Counted from the first letter of the stretch, positions 29,977 through 38,875 are shown. The stretch is 64,000 nucleotides of DNA from Terriglobia bacterium (GCA_963758275.1 CAVWUW010000031.1:183745-247744), one strand, 5' to 3'. Notes: generated from the letters alone by a model not told the origin. Numbers and translations: made by a program.

Positions 29977-30762
29977 TCAGTCTTGCGTGCTGATGGTTAC
30001 GTTTCCGTGCAAAGTAGACATCTCCAACTCGGGACCGGCTCCGTTTGTTTTACCTCCGGCTTGAGTTACTGCCAGGCCTTTCAACTGTACGGGACCGCTT
30101 CCGGTAATTACGGTATCCCCGCTTCCAGACGGCCGAAAAACAACATTTCGTGGCAGCTTCAAACGGATGTTCCCGTTCTGGGTCTTGATGGATAGCGAGC
30201 CAGTCCACAATTTGCCCATGGCCAAGTCCAGTGATCCATTTCCTGTCCGCGCTGAGGTTATCGTCTCAGTGGTGGAGATGTCGATGTCGCCGTTTACGGT
30301 GGTTGCATCAACGCGGCTTTGCACAGAACTAGCCCTCACGGTCCCATTGAGATTGCTTGCAACAAACGCAACGCCCGCAGGTAGTTGCAATTTGAAATCA
30401 ACGCGCACGTCTTTCGGCAAAGATGCACTTCCACAGGGCTTGACCACCTTTTCCCCATCGGGCGCCAAACAGATGAAGATGCCCTCCGCGTTCTCGGAAA
30501 GCGCAACTTTGACTTGGTCTGAGCCAGGTCCAGTTTTGGTTGCTTCCACCTGCAACTCGCTGTTCGGCGATAAGGAAGCATTGATAGATCCGTTCACCCC
30601 GTGTACCACCACTGTTTTTCCAGAAGCTATCGCAGAATGCCAGTGAAACACCTGATCCTCCTTACCTTGTGCAGCGAGAGACTGACCAACAGCAAGTAAT
30701 GAAAGGACAGTAATGAGCCGAGTAATTCCACCACCACAGCAGCGTAGATGCGCGTTGGCCAT
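29977..30762 (-). CDS. Secreted beta-rich protein, DUF4097-like (putative adhesin fold)
   Basis: Has a signal-peptide-like N-terminus and repeated NGSI/NGDI/NGNI/HGNV strand motifs. It is convergent with sbnB across a 7-bp gap. Confidence 0.6.
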   Translation of the reverse strand: MANAHLRCCGGGITRLITVLSLLAVGQSLAAQGKEDQVFHWHSAIASGKTVVVHGVNGSINASLSPNSELQVEATKTGPGSDQVKVALSENAEGIFICLAPDGEKVVKPCGSASLPKDVRVDFKLQLPAGVAFVASNLNGTVRASSVQSRVDATTVNGDIDISTTETITSARTGNGSLDLAMGKLWTGSLSIKTQNGNIRLKLPRNVVFRPSGSGDTVITGSGPVQLKGLAVTQAGGKTNGAGPELEMSTLHGNVTISTQD

Positions 30763-31145
30763 AGGCGGTTAATTATAAAGTGATAGGGGCAGGAATGACA
30801 ATCAGCCAAATAGTCAGGTAGAGGTCAGTTTGAATTTTAAGCGCTTGACACAACGTCATCCTTAAGGCGTGAGCGAGCCCGCGTTTACATCAGCGGGCGA
30901 GTAGCCCTGAGGGACCTTGTGCCTTGGCAAGAATTCGGTATGCACGCCACCAGATCTCTCGCCGCTGCTCCGGCGCTCTGCCCATTCACGCGCAAAGGCG
31001 GCGCGCAAATGGGAACCCAATGCGCGCCGTCGCAAAACACGACTCGAGACGAAGTGTTTGAGTATTGGATCAATCTAACCTCCTACAGTCATTCCAAACT
31101 GAACCACTGATAGCTGTTATCTGACTGCGTTTTCCGGATTAGGTC

Positions 31146-31685
31146 ATGAACTCCATGGACTGTAACCAGCACGATTTCAAGAGGGCGTGTTCACGATTTC
31201 CCACCGGCGTAACTGTGACCACAGTCATTGGCCAGAATGGTTTGCCCTTTGGAATCACCGTAAGCTCGTTTACCAGCGTGTCTTTGTCTCCTCCTCTGGT
31301 GCTCATATGCATTGACCATCGGTCGCCCGTACTCAGGCATGTTGCTATCGGCAAGCACTTTGGTGTGAACGTTCTGGGAGAGCACCAGCAGGAGCTTTCA
31401 ATCAAATTTTCCCGCGATTGCAATGATCGCTTTACGGATGTTGAGTGGTACGCAGGGCGGACGGGTGTGCCTTTGCTTTTTGATGTGCCCGCGAGTTTTG
31501 AGTGCGAAGCAATTCAGAGCGTGGTCGCCGGAGATCATTTCATTGTTTTGGGAAGGGTTTTGCACGTCAGTTCCAGAGACGGGTCTCCGCTCACCTATGT
31601 GAATCATTGTTATGGAAGTATCTCCAATCCCACGCCATACAACATGAGCGGGCAACTTTCTCCGGCAGGGCCTAAAGGTCACTGA
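31146..31685 (+). CDS. Flavin reductase (split-barrel NAD(P)H:flavin oxidoreductase)
   Basis: FKRACSRFPTGVTVTTV...GITVSSFTSVSLSPPLVLICI...FGVNVL is typical of the flavin reductase domain. It lies 76 bp upstream of the halogenase gene. Confidence 0.85.
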   Translation: MNSMDCNQHDFKRACSRFPTGVTVTTVIGQNGLPFGITVSSFTSVSLSPPLVLICIDHRSPVLRHVAIGKHFGVNVLGEHQQELSIKFSRDCNDRFTDVEWYAGRTGVPLLFDVPASFECEAIQSVVAGDHFIVLGRVLHVSSRDGSPLTYVNHCYGSISNPTPYNMSGQLSPAGPKGH

Positions 31686-31761
31686 ACGGGTTGAATAGCA
31701 CAGATGGAACCAATTATCAGAGTGATGAATCAAGCAAATGTCACATTATTAAGGAGGAAAT

Positions 31762-33366
31762 GTGCAGCGTAATTTCAGAGTAGTGATTGTGGGGGGCGGG
31801 TCGGCCGGGTGGATGACAGCCGCATACCTTAGCAAGGCATTGGACCAGGGAGTGGACATTCAACTGGTCGAGTCCTCGAACATCGGGACGGTGGGGGTTG
31901 GAGAAGCGACCTTTAGCACAGTCCGCCTTTTCTTTGACTTTCTGGGGTTGCAGGAAGAGGACTGGATGCATCACTGCAATGCCAGCTACAAGTTGGCGAT
32001 TCGTTTCGTGGACTGGAATGCGGAGCGGCGCCATTTCTACCATCCTTTCCAGAGGTTCGATTCTGTAGAAGGAATCAGCATCATTGAATGGTGGCTTAAG
32101 TTTAAGAGAGATACTGCGCCCTTCGATTACTCGTGTTTCTCCGTACCCGCTATTTGCGATGCCCAGAAATCGCCGCGCTTTGAGAATGGCCACGTTTTCG
32201 ATAGTAAGGTAGACGGATATCTTTCCTCTGACGATCCCAACAAGGCACTCCTCCTGGAAGAGCTGAAGATACAGCACCCATTCGCGTATCACTTTGACGC
32301 CAGCTTAATTGCGAAGTTCATGTCTGGGTATGCGCAGGGCCGCGGAGTACGCCGGGTGATTGATGATGTACTGGAAGTAAAACACGCGGAGAATGGATTC
32401 ATCAGCAGCATCCGTACCGAAAACTATGGCGACATTGAAGGCGACCTGTTTATTGATTGCACCGGTGTCCGCGGCCTTCTCATCAACAAAGCTCTGAACG
32501 AGCCGTTCATCTCCTTCTCCGAGTCTTTGCCTTGCGACAGCGCTATAGCCGTTCAGGTCCCGAGCTATCCGGAGGCCGAGGGTATGAATCCATATACGAC
32601 TGCCACAGCGCTTTCCGCCGGCTGGGTCTGGAATATACCCCTGTTTAACCGGACCGGCACCGGATACGTTTACTGCAGCGCTTTCCAGTCCGCGGAGGCG
32701 GCCGAGCAGGAGTTCAGGCAGCACTTGGGAAAGCGCAACGAGGGCTGCAAAGCCAATCACATAAAGATGCGGATTGGAAGAAACAGAAATTCCTGGGTGA
32801 AGAACTGCGTGGCAATCGGCCTAGCAAGCGGCTTCGTCGAGCCTCTCGAATCCACAGGCATTTTCTTCATTCAGCACGGAATCGAGCAACTGGTGACTCA
32901 TTTCCCCAGGAAAACATATGATGAAGAGAGCATAAAAAGCTACAACCGGGCTGTGGCAGACGTGATTGATGGCGTTCGAGAGTTTCTTACCTTGCATTAT
33001 GCCGCGAGCACCAGAAATGACACTGCGTTTTGGAAAGCCACCAAAACCGATTTCGTCATACCACCGGAGCTCACGGAACGGCTCAAATTATGGAAAAAAC
33101 GCCTGCCGACGAACAGGAGCATCAATCCGCGATATCACGGCTTTGAAGCCTACTCTTACAGCGTGATGCTGTTGGGCCTCGGCCATAGGCCGGAATCGAG
33201 TTTACCTGTTCTGGATCACAGGGACAATGGTCGTGCTTTGGCCGCCTTTGAGGCCATCCGGCGGGACACGCGAAGACTAGTCCAAACACTGCCGACTTTA
33301 CACAACTATCTGGGCCAGCGATACCGGCAGGACAAGGACTACGAACTCGCTCTTGCCGTTCCTTAA
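31762..33366 (+). CDS. Flavin-dependent halogenase of the tryptophan-halogenase (PrnA/RebH) family
   Basis: The GTG start follows AAGGAGG. Motifs are VIVGGGSAGW, GVGEATF, ASYKLAIRFVDW (Lys codon 31990-31992, equivalent to the catalytic Lys), GWVWNIPL (WxWxIP) and FVEPLESTGI (catalytic Glu region). Length is 534 aa. Confidence 0.9.
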   Translation: MQRNFRVVIVGGGSAGWMTAAYLSKALDQGVDIQLVESSNIGTVGVGEATFSTVRLFFDFLGLQEEDWMHHCNASYKLAIRFVDWNAERRHFYHPFQRFDSVEGISIIEWWLKFKRDTAPFDYSCFSVPAICDAQKSPRFENGHVFDSKVDGYLSSDDPNKALLLEELKIQHPFAYHFDASLIAKFMSGYAQGRGVRRVIDDVLEVKHAENGFISSIRTENYGDIEGDLFIDCTGVRGLLINKALNEPFISFSESLPCDSAIAVQVPSYPEAEGMNPYTTATALSAGWVWNIPLFNRTGTGYVYCSAFQSAEAAEQEFRQHLGKRNEGCKANHIKMRIGRNRNSWVKNCVAIGLASGFVEPLESTGIFFIQHGIEQLVTHFPRKTYDEESIKSYNRAVADVIDGVREFLTLHYAASTRNDTAFWKATKTDFVIPPELTERLKLWKKRLPTNRSINPRYHGFEAYSYSVMLLGLGHRPESSLPVLDHRDNGRALAAFEAIRRDTRRLVQTLPTLHNYLGQRYRQDKDYELALAVP

Positions 33367-33795
33367 CAGAGTCTCCCTACCCGCGCTCTGTTCATGTTCG
33401 TGGTGCTGGCATTCCGCGATAATTTGGGGAGATTTTGTTTCGCCGGAACCGGCAATTCCTGATCGTCTACTTTGCCCTTGTCATCTTGCCATTGTTTGTT
33501 CTGGGCGCTGTTCTCAAGCGAGGTCGCAGGCTCACGCCTCCTTCTTCATTGAACGGCGCCTGGAACTTCAACCATCAACGCGACGGAGTTGGCCGCATTG
33601 CCCTGTCCGGCAGGCGTCACAGACCTCCCCCAGACAAGTTGTTGCGCGTCTGAAAAGTTCAGGTGCACCGGTTCGAGTTGGCCTCACGCGGTAGCTCCTA
33701 CGCCAAGAGAGAGGCGACATACGCATAGCTAGCGCTGCTTGCCGCGTGCTAAAACATTTTGAGTCCTTGGATTACACATATAATCCAATCACCAA

Positions 33796-34863
33796 CTAGT
33801 GGAGTGTCGCAGTGAATTCGTTAGTGCGTAGGCGGCGGGAAGGGTCAGAGTATTTCCACTGGATGGGGCGAGCGTTGGCTGAATAGGCGTTGTCATAGCG
33901 GCGGAGTTTGCGAGCCACATCGGGCACCGAAGTGAAGACGCCGCGGGCAATGACTTCACGCTCGATCTTGGCAAACCACAACTCGACTTGGTTGAGCCAA
34001 GAGGAATAGGTCGGGGTGAAGTGAAACTGCACCCGTGGATGGCGCTGGAGGAAGTCGCGAACGAGTTGGGTTTTATGGGCGGAGAGGTTGTCGAGGATGA
34101 TATGAATCTGCTGCCGGGGCGGGCACAATGCCACCACTTCTTCCAGGAAGGTCACGAAGTCGCGACTGGTGTGGCGTGCAGCCGTTTTCCCGTGGACACG
34201 GCCGGTCTTGGTGTCTAAGGCCGCGTATAGAGAAAGCGTGCCGTGCCGGTAGTACTCAAAACCGTGGCGTTCGGCGCGTCCTGGCGACAGCGGCAGAACG
34301 GGATCGAGACGATCCAGAGCCTGAATCGCGGTTTTTTCATCGACCGAGAACACGGCCGCGTGCTGCGGTGGATTCAGGTACAAGCCGAGAATATCGGCCG
34401 CTTTGCTCTCAAACTCAGGATCGTCGCTGGCCATGTAACGTTCCAGACGGTGAGGTTTGAGGCCGGCTTCTTTCCAGACTCGATGCACGGCGTCCTTACT
34501 CACCGCGAGGGCGGTCGCCAGTTTACGGCAACTCCAATGGGTGGATCCGTCGCTGGGTTTCTTCCGGGTGGCGGAGAGAATGCGGGCCCGCAAAGCCGGA
34601 GTCAGAACTGTGGCCTTCTGACCAGGATGATAGGTATCGAGTCCATCGAGCCCAGATTTCAGGAAGCGTTGTTTCCAGCGGATGATGGTCGGCGCACTGG
34701 TTTGCAACCGGCGTTTGATGCTGTTGAAGGAAGCTCCTTCGGCCAGCATCAGGATGAGCTTGGCGCGAAACACATAACCCGCTCGCAAGGAGCGCGACTG
34801 GGCAATGCTGTCCAGTTCAGAACGTTGATCGTGGGTAAGGACGATTTCGCTGCTGGTCGCCAT
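33796..34863 (-). CDS. IS630-family DDE transposase
   Basis: The N-terminal HTH region is SLRAGYVFRAKLILMLAEG...APTIIRWKQRF. The DDE_3 core shows FSVDEK, IILDNLSAHK and SWLNQVELWF. The stop codon TAG is formed by the target TA plus the flanking base. Confidence 0.9.
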   Translation of the reverse strand: MATSSEIVLTHDQRSELDSIAQSRSLRAGYVFRAKLILMLAEGASFNSIKRRLQTSAPTIIRWKQRFLKSGLDGLDTYHPGQKATVLTPALRARILSATRKKPSDGSTHWSCRKLATALAVSKDAVHRVWKEAGLKPHRLERYMASDDPEFESKAADILGLYLNPPQHAAVFSVDEKTAIQALDRLDPVLPLSPGRAERHGFEYYRHGTLSLYAALDTKTGRVHGKTAARHTSRDFVTFLEEVVALCPPRQQIHIILDNLSAHKTQLVRDFLQRHPRVQFHFTPTYSSWLNQVELWFAKIEREVIARGVFTSVPDVARKLRRYDNAYSANARPIQWKYSDPSRRLRTNEFTATLH

Positions 34864-34913
34864 ACCAGCTTAGAAGCCTAACAGCTAGTAATGGTTACTT
34901 CGCGACAGACCAC
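33799..34913 (-). mobile_element. IS630-family insertion sequence (about 1.1 kb) with a TA target duplication in a CTAG site
   Basis: The imperfect terminal inverted repeats are GTGGAGTGTCGC... (33799-) and ...GCGACAGACCAC (-34913). TA flanks both ends (33797-33798 and 34914-34915), inside C-TA...TA-G. Confidence 0.85.
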
Positions 34914-34917
34914 TAGC

Positions 34918-35480
34918 ATGCTTTACGGACCGGAACACAAGACGCGAACCCGCGATCGTACTGTACGAAACGCTGCTCGCAAGCTCCGTGCTGAGGGGCT
35001 GAGCGGCCCGGCCGTGGGCAGCGTAATGAAAGCTCCGGGCTGACCGTGGGCGATTTTACAGCACTTTCGGAGCAAGGACGAATTACTCGCCGAAGCCATT
35101 GCTCAGGGATTCTCCGAATGTAGCGCCAAGATCCGTTCCTCTCTACAAAACGTTCCGCGTGAAGGCAGGCGGAAGCAAATCGTTGGTGGTATCTCTCGAG
35201 CGAGCACTGTGTTCGTCCTGAGACTGACTGCCCGGTTGCGACTTTGGCGCCGGAGATCGCTCGGGCTAAATTTAGTGTCCGAAAACGAATTGCCGGCTTG
35301 ATGAAAAGACTGGGTGGAGTTCATGCCGGGAGCGACAGCAGCAGAGCGGGAACGAAACTTCTTCGTCATTTTCACCGCGATGGTGGGTGCCATGTCCATC
35401 GCTCGCATATGTACCGAACCTGCCGATAGGGAAAAAGGTCTTGGCGAGTATGCGGGACCATCTTTTGCACAGTTTCTGAT
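34918..35480 (+). pseudogene. TetR/AcrR-family regulator pseudogene (several frameshifts)
   Basis: Recognisable TetR segments appear in three different frames. They are MLYGPEHKTRTRDR.VRNAARKLRAEGLSGPAVGSVMKAPG*, ILQHFRSKDELLAEAIAQGFSE and FTAMVGAMSIARI. The ATG lies 2 bp from the IS630 target site. Confidence 0.65.
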
Positions 35481-35542
35481 ATTTTTTTGCGATCGTTGGA
35501 TTATGTTCATAATCCTATCGAACACGCAGATGAAAGGATCCT

Positions 35543-36049
35543 ATGAATCTCAGAAATCGCACCATTCTCATCACCGGGGGCTCCGCCGGAATCGGACTTG
35601 CGTTCGCTCTGAAGTTCGCCGACCACGGGTAACGAGGTCATCGTGACTGATTCGTCGCCAGGAGTGCCGGACGAGGTGAAGGCGAAACACCCGAAGCTTC
35701 ACACCATCGAGAGCGACGTGGCAGATCCCGCGCAAATCATCGCCCTCGCGGCACGCGTGAAAGCAGATTACCCCAACTCGACGTGCTGATGAACAACGCG
35801 GGCGTCATGCTCTACAAGAACCTCAAGGTTCCTCCGATCGACCTCGCCGGGTTGATGGAGGAGGTGAACATCAATGTGGGCGGCGTCATTGGTATGACCT
35901 TCACCTTTATCGACATCCTCACCGCCGACAAAGGCACGGTGATTAACGTGTCTTCCGCCCTTGCATTCGTGCCGCTGCCAGCCCTGCCAATCTACAGCGC
36001 CACCAAGGCGGCAGTTCACGCGTACACCCAGTCGCTCCGGTTCCAATTA
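35543..36049 (+). pseudogene. Short-chain dehydrogenase/reductase pseudogene (frameshifted and 3'-truncated)
   Basis: MNLRNRTILITGGSAGIGLAFALKFADHG runs into a stop at 35630. Homology continues in the +1 frame (NEVIV...HTIESDVADPAQIIALAARVKADYP). It then returns to the original frame at about 35774 (QLDVLMNNAGVM...NVSS...YSATKAAVHAYTQSLRFQL). Homology ends about 36 bp before the tRNA. Confidence 0.75.
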
Positions 36050-36084
36050 GATTGCGCGGAAACTGACAAAAATAGCCCTTGGCT

Positions 36085-36171
36085 TGGTGCCGAAGAAGGG
36101 ACTCGAACCCCCACACCCTTGCGGGTACATGGACCTGAACCATGCGCGTCTGCCAATTCCGCCACTTCGGC
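36085..36171 (-). tRNA. tRNA-Leu (anticodon CAG), with encoded CCA
   Basis: The reverse complement is GCCGAAGTGGCGGAATTGGCAGACGCGCATGGTTCAGGTCCATGTACCCGCAAGGGTGTGGGGGTTCGAGTCCCTTCTTCGGCACCA. It has a 7-bp acceptor stem, an anticodon stem CATGG/CCATG with loop TTCAGGT, a long variable arm and a TTCGAGT T-loop. Confidence 0.93.
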
Positions 36172-36451
36172 AATGAAATACGCGCCAGATGATGACCCGG
36201 CGCGGCGACGGGAACTACATCTTTATTGTAACGAGAATGCCGGGAGTGTCAAACCGGAGCGCGCAATGGCCGCAAGCCGCCGCCATCAAGAAAAGAGAGC
36301 AGCGCGGGCGGAATAAGAGTGCTGTTTGCTACACATTTGAACTCGGTGAACTCAAGCAGATTCTCCAGCTTGGGGTTTATGCTTGGGCTTCTCTACTGTT
36401 TTCCCCTGCGTTTTCCGCAACTTTGCGCGTGCTATTCTGCAGCTACTACCA

Positions 36452-37773
36452 TGCGCACATTCTTGATCTTCGTTTTCTTCCTTTTTGTTGTTCCAGTTGC
36501 CATTCTGTGGACCATGTCTGCGACTCCGGCAGTGAGCCTGCCGGCGTCAGTGACTGCGTTCGGCCAGGCCACCCCGCTGACCGTGCATGTGGCCGATCCG
36601 CACGGAATAAAGGAAGTCTCAGTGGTGGTGGAGCAAAATGGTGCGGAGTATGCGGCCGGTGAAGTGAAGCAGCCGACGCGCCGGTTTCGCTGGCAACGAG
36701 ACGTCGCCGACAAAGACTGGAACTTCACAGTGGGCGCAAAAACCACGCCACAGTTAAAGGACGGCAAAGCCCGGCTGATCGTCACAGCGGTATCAAACGA
36801 TTTTCGGGCAAAGACGGCGAGTGTCGAACGCGAAGTCGAGGTTGTCACGCGTCCGCCCATGGTTAGCGTGGACTCTGACCAGCACTATCTTTACCTGGGA
36901 ATGGCAGACCTGGTGACCTTCAATGTTTCCGGTTATTCCACAGAATCGGGCGTGAAGGTGGGAGATGAAAGGTTTCGCGCATGGCCCATGCCTGACGGAA
37001 AGCCCGGCTATTTTTCACTCTTCGCCTTTGCGTGGAACATGCCGAACGGAACGCAGCCGTTGGTCTATGCTGCCAATCCGGGCAGCGAAGTGACCGGCTC
37101 CATGGTTTACCAGTTCCCCAGGAAAGAACAGCCGGTTTACCGTGTGCGAGACCTGCAACTGGACGACGCGTTTGTACAAAAGGTTGTCAATGAACTCGAT
37201 CCCAACGGGTCAGGCGACCTTGCGGATCGATTTGTGAAGATCAACAAGGAAATGCGGATTGCCAACAACAAAACGCTTTTTGACCTTCGGCTGAAAACGG
37301 AACCGAAATTTCTATGGTCGCAACCCTTCCAGAGACAACCCGGGTCAAAAGCAGAGGCGAACTTCGCTGATGTGCGAAATTACATTTACAAGGGCAAGAA
37401 GATCGATCAGGAAGTTCACCTTGGCTACGATCTTTCCAGCACCCAGCATGTGGGAGTGCAGGCAGCGAACGACGGCCGCGTTATCTATGCGGCGCCGCTC
37501 GGCATTTACGGCAATTGCATTGTGCTGGACCACGGCTACGGGCTGCAGTCAGTGTACGGTCACATGAGCGAAATTGATGTTCATGAAGGTGACATGGTGA
37601 AACGCGGGCAGGTCATGGGCAAGAGCGGTACCACAGGAATGGCCGGCGGCGACCACATCCATTTCAGCATGCTGCTGGAAGGGGTCCAGATTGATCCCAA
37701 GGAGTGGTGGGACCCGCACTGGATTAAAGACCACATTGCAAAGCGCGTAGATCTGCCGGGATTCGCAAACTGA
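36452..37773 (+). CDS. M23-family metallopeptidase (LytM-type)
   Basis: The hydrophobic N-terminus is MRTFLIFVFFLFVVPVAILW. The C-terminal domain reads LDHGYGLQSVYGHMSEI...GKSGTTGMAGGDHIHFS. The ORF-track start at 36319 is probably too early. Confidence 0.85.
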
Positions 37774-38308
37774 GCTTGCGGCCGATAGAGCTGCTGCCAG
37801 AATCTGGCAATCGAAGCGAAGCTACTTTCCGTTGCGGATGGAGCCACAGTTGCATTGCGTCAGGCGCTTGTTGTGCCTGCCGGATGCGCAGCGATCGGGT
37901 CTGGGAATAATGGCTGCCCGGCCCGCCCCGCATCATGATCCTTTTTAATGGTGGTTTCTTTATGGCTGGCCCCAAAAACATGGGTTTGGATTCAACTATT
38001 GCATCGATGAGTTCGTCCTTCATCCTTCCTTTCCTTTTATGACCCTCCTCTGAGCGGAAGTAAGGCCAATTAAGATAATTAATAATGAGTCAAACTCGCC
38101 TTCTCAAAGCGAATATGGACGCTTTTATTTCGCCGCTTGCAGATTTCTGTTTCACTCTTCTCAAGTTGGGCAATGAGCAGCCGCAGCTCTCGTTTCCCGG
38201 CAAATCAGGCTACCCGCTGTTTGCTCGTATCATCTGAGTAGGAGAATCATTGTGAGAAAGCGGCGCTGGTGAGAGAACACCGCGCTGTACGCGAGGTAGA
38301 GGTGAAGT

Positions 38309-38875
38309 ATGTTGCGCCATAGGCTGGCTCTGTATGTAGCTCTTTTTGTTACCTGTGCGTGGGCCGCTCTCGTTGCCCAGACAGCCACGACAGTTCCGTC
38401 AGGTACTGACATTAAGGTTCGGACTGACAACCAAATCACGGCTGACGCCAACAACGTCGGCAAAACATTTACGGGAAGTGTCACTGAAGACGTGGTGAAC
38501 AATGGCGCCACGGTGATCCCCAAGGGATCTCCTGCCACGCTCACAACCATGAAGAATGGAAGCAAAGTAGCGGTCGATCTCACGGAAGTCACGGTGGGCA
38601 GCAGGAAATATTCGATTGAAGCGGGTTCCTACAAGGAAGGTAGCGTAGGAGCGAACAAGACCACGGCGAAATATGCCGGTGGCGGAGCGCTGGCAGGCGC
38701 CCTGATCGGGGCAATCGCCGGTGGCGGAAAAGGCGCAGCCATTGGAGCACTGGCAGGCGGCGCAGCGGGCACTGGAACCCAGGTACTGACCACCGGGAAG
38801 AGCCTGAATATTCCTGCCGAGACCGTTCTGACCTTCAAGACGGCTCAGGATCTGCAACTACGTCCTCAAAGGTAA
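38309..38875 (+). CDS. Secreted protein with a C-terminal glycine-zipper segment
   Basis: Has a signal-peptide-like N-terminus and the stretch [33 protein letters not shown]. Confidence 0.6.
   Translation: MLRHRLALYVALFVTCAWAALVAQTATTVPSGTDIKVRTDNQITADANNVGKTFTGSVTEDVVNNGATVIPKGSPATLTTMKNGSKVAVDLTEVTVGSRKYSIEAGSYKEGSVGANKTTAKYAGGGALAGALIGAIAGGGKGAAIGALAGGAAGTGTQVLTTGKSLNIPAETVLTFKTAQDLQLRPQR

Noticed and set aside
33435-33653. 72-aa ORF (MFRRNRQFLIVYFALVILPLFVLGAVLKRG...) considered as a real small membrane-protein gene.
   Set aside because: Only the first 30 residues or so look protein-like, and the rest is Arg/Pro-rich. It is more likely the 5' remnant of a disrupted gene. It is mentioned under the decay-zone finding and not listed as a feature.
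33660-33700. GGTTCGAGTTGG, a T-loop-like string, considered as a possible att-type partial duplicate of the tRNA-Leu 3' end.
   Set aside because: It is in the wrong orientation relative to the minus-strand tRNA and does not match the tRNA sequence beyond the generic TTCGAG. It is not a direct repeat.
34243-34881. 212-aa plus-strand ORF inside the IS630 element.
   Set aside because: It is antisense to a transposase with an intact HTH and DDE motifs. It shows no motif of its own.
36319-36451. Upstream extension of the M23 peptidase ORF given by the ORF track (start 36319).
   Set aside because: The extension reads as low-complexity sequence (LFATHLNSVNSSRF...). An ATG at 36452 opens directly onto a classical hydrophobic signal or anchor segment, so the shorter start is more plausible.
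37724-38023. 99-aa minus-strand ORF with an A/G-rich SD-like stretch in the 535-bp gap after the M23 peptidase gene. Another frame of the same stretch ends in a Cys-rich tail (CASGRHNKRLTQCNCGSIRNGK).
   Set aside because: The ORF overlaps the 3' end of the convergent M23 gene by 50 bp and has no recognisable motif. The Cys-rich frame has no start codon and is preceded by a stop. This is not enough to call a gene or a frameshifted gene, so the gap stays unannotated.
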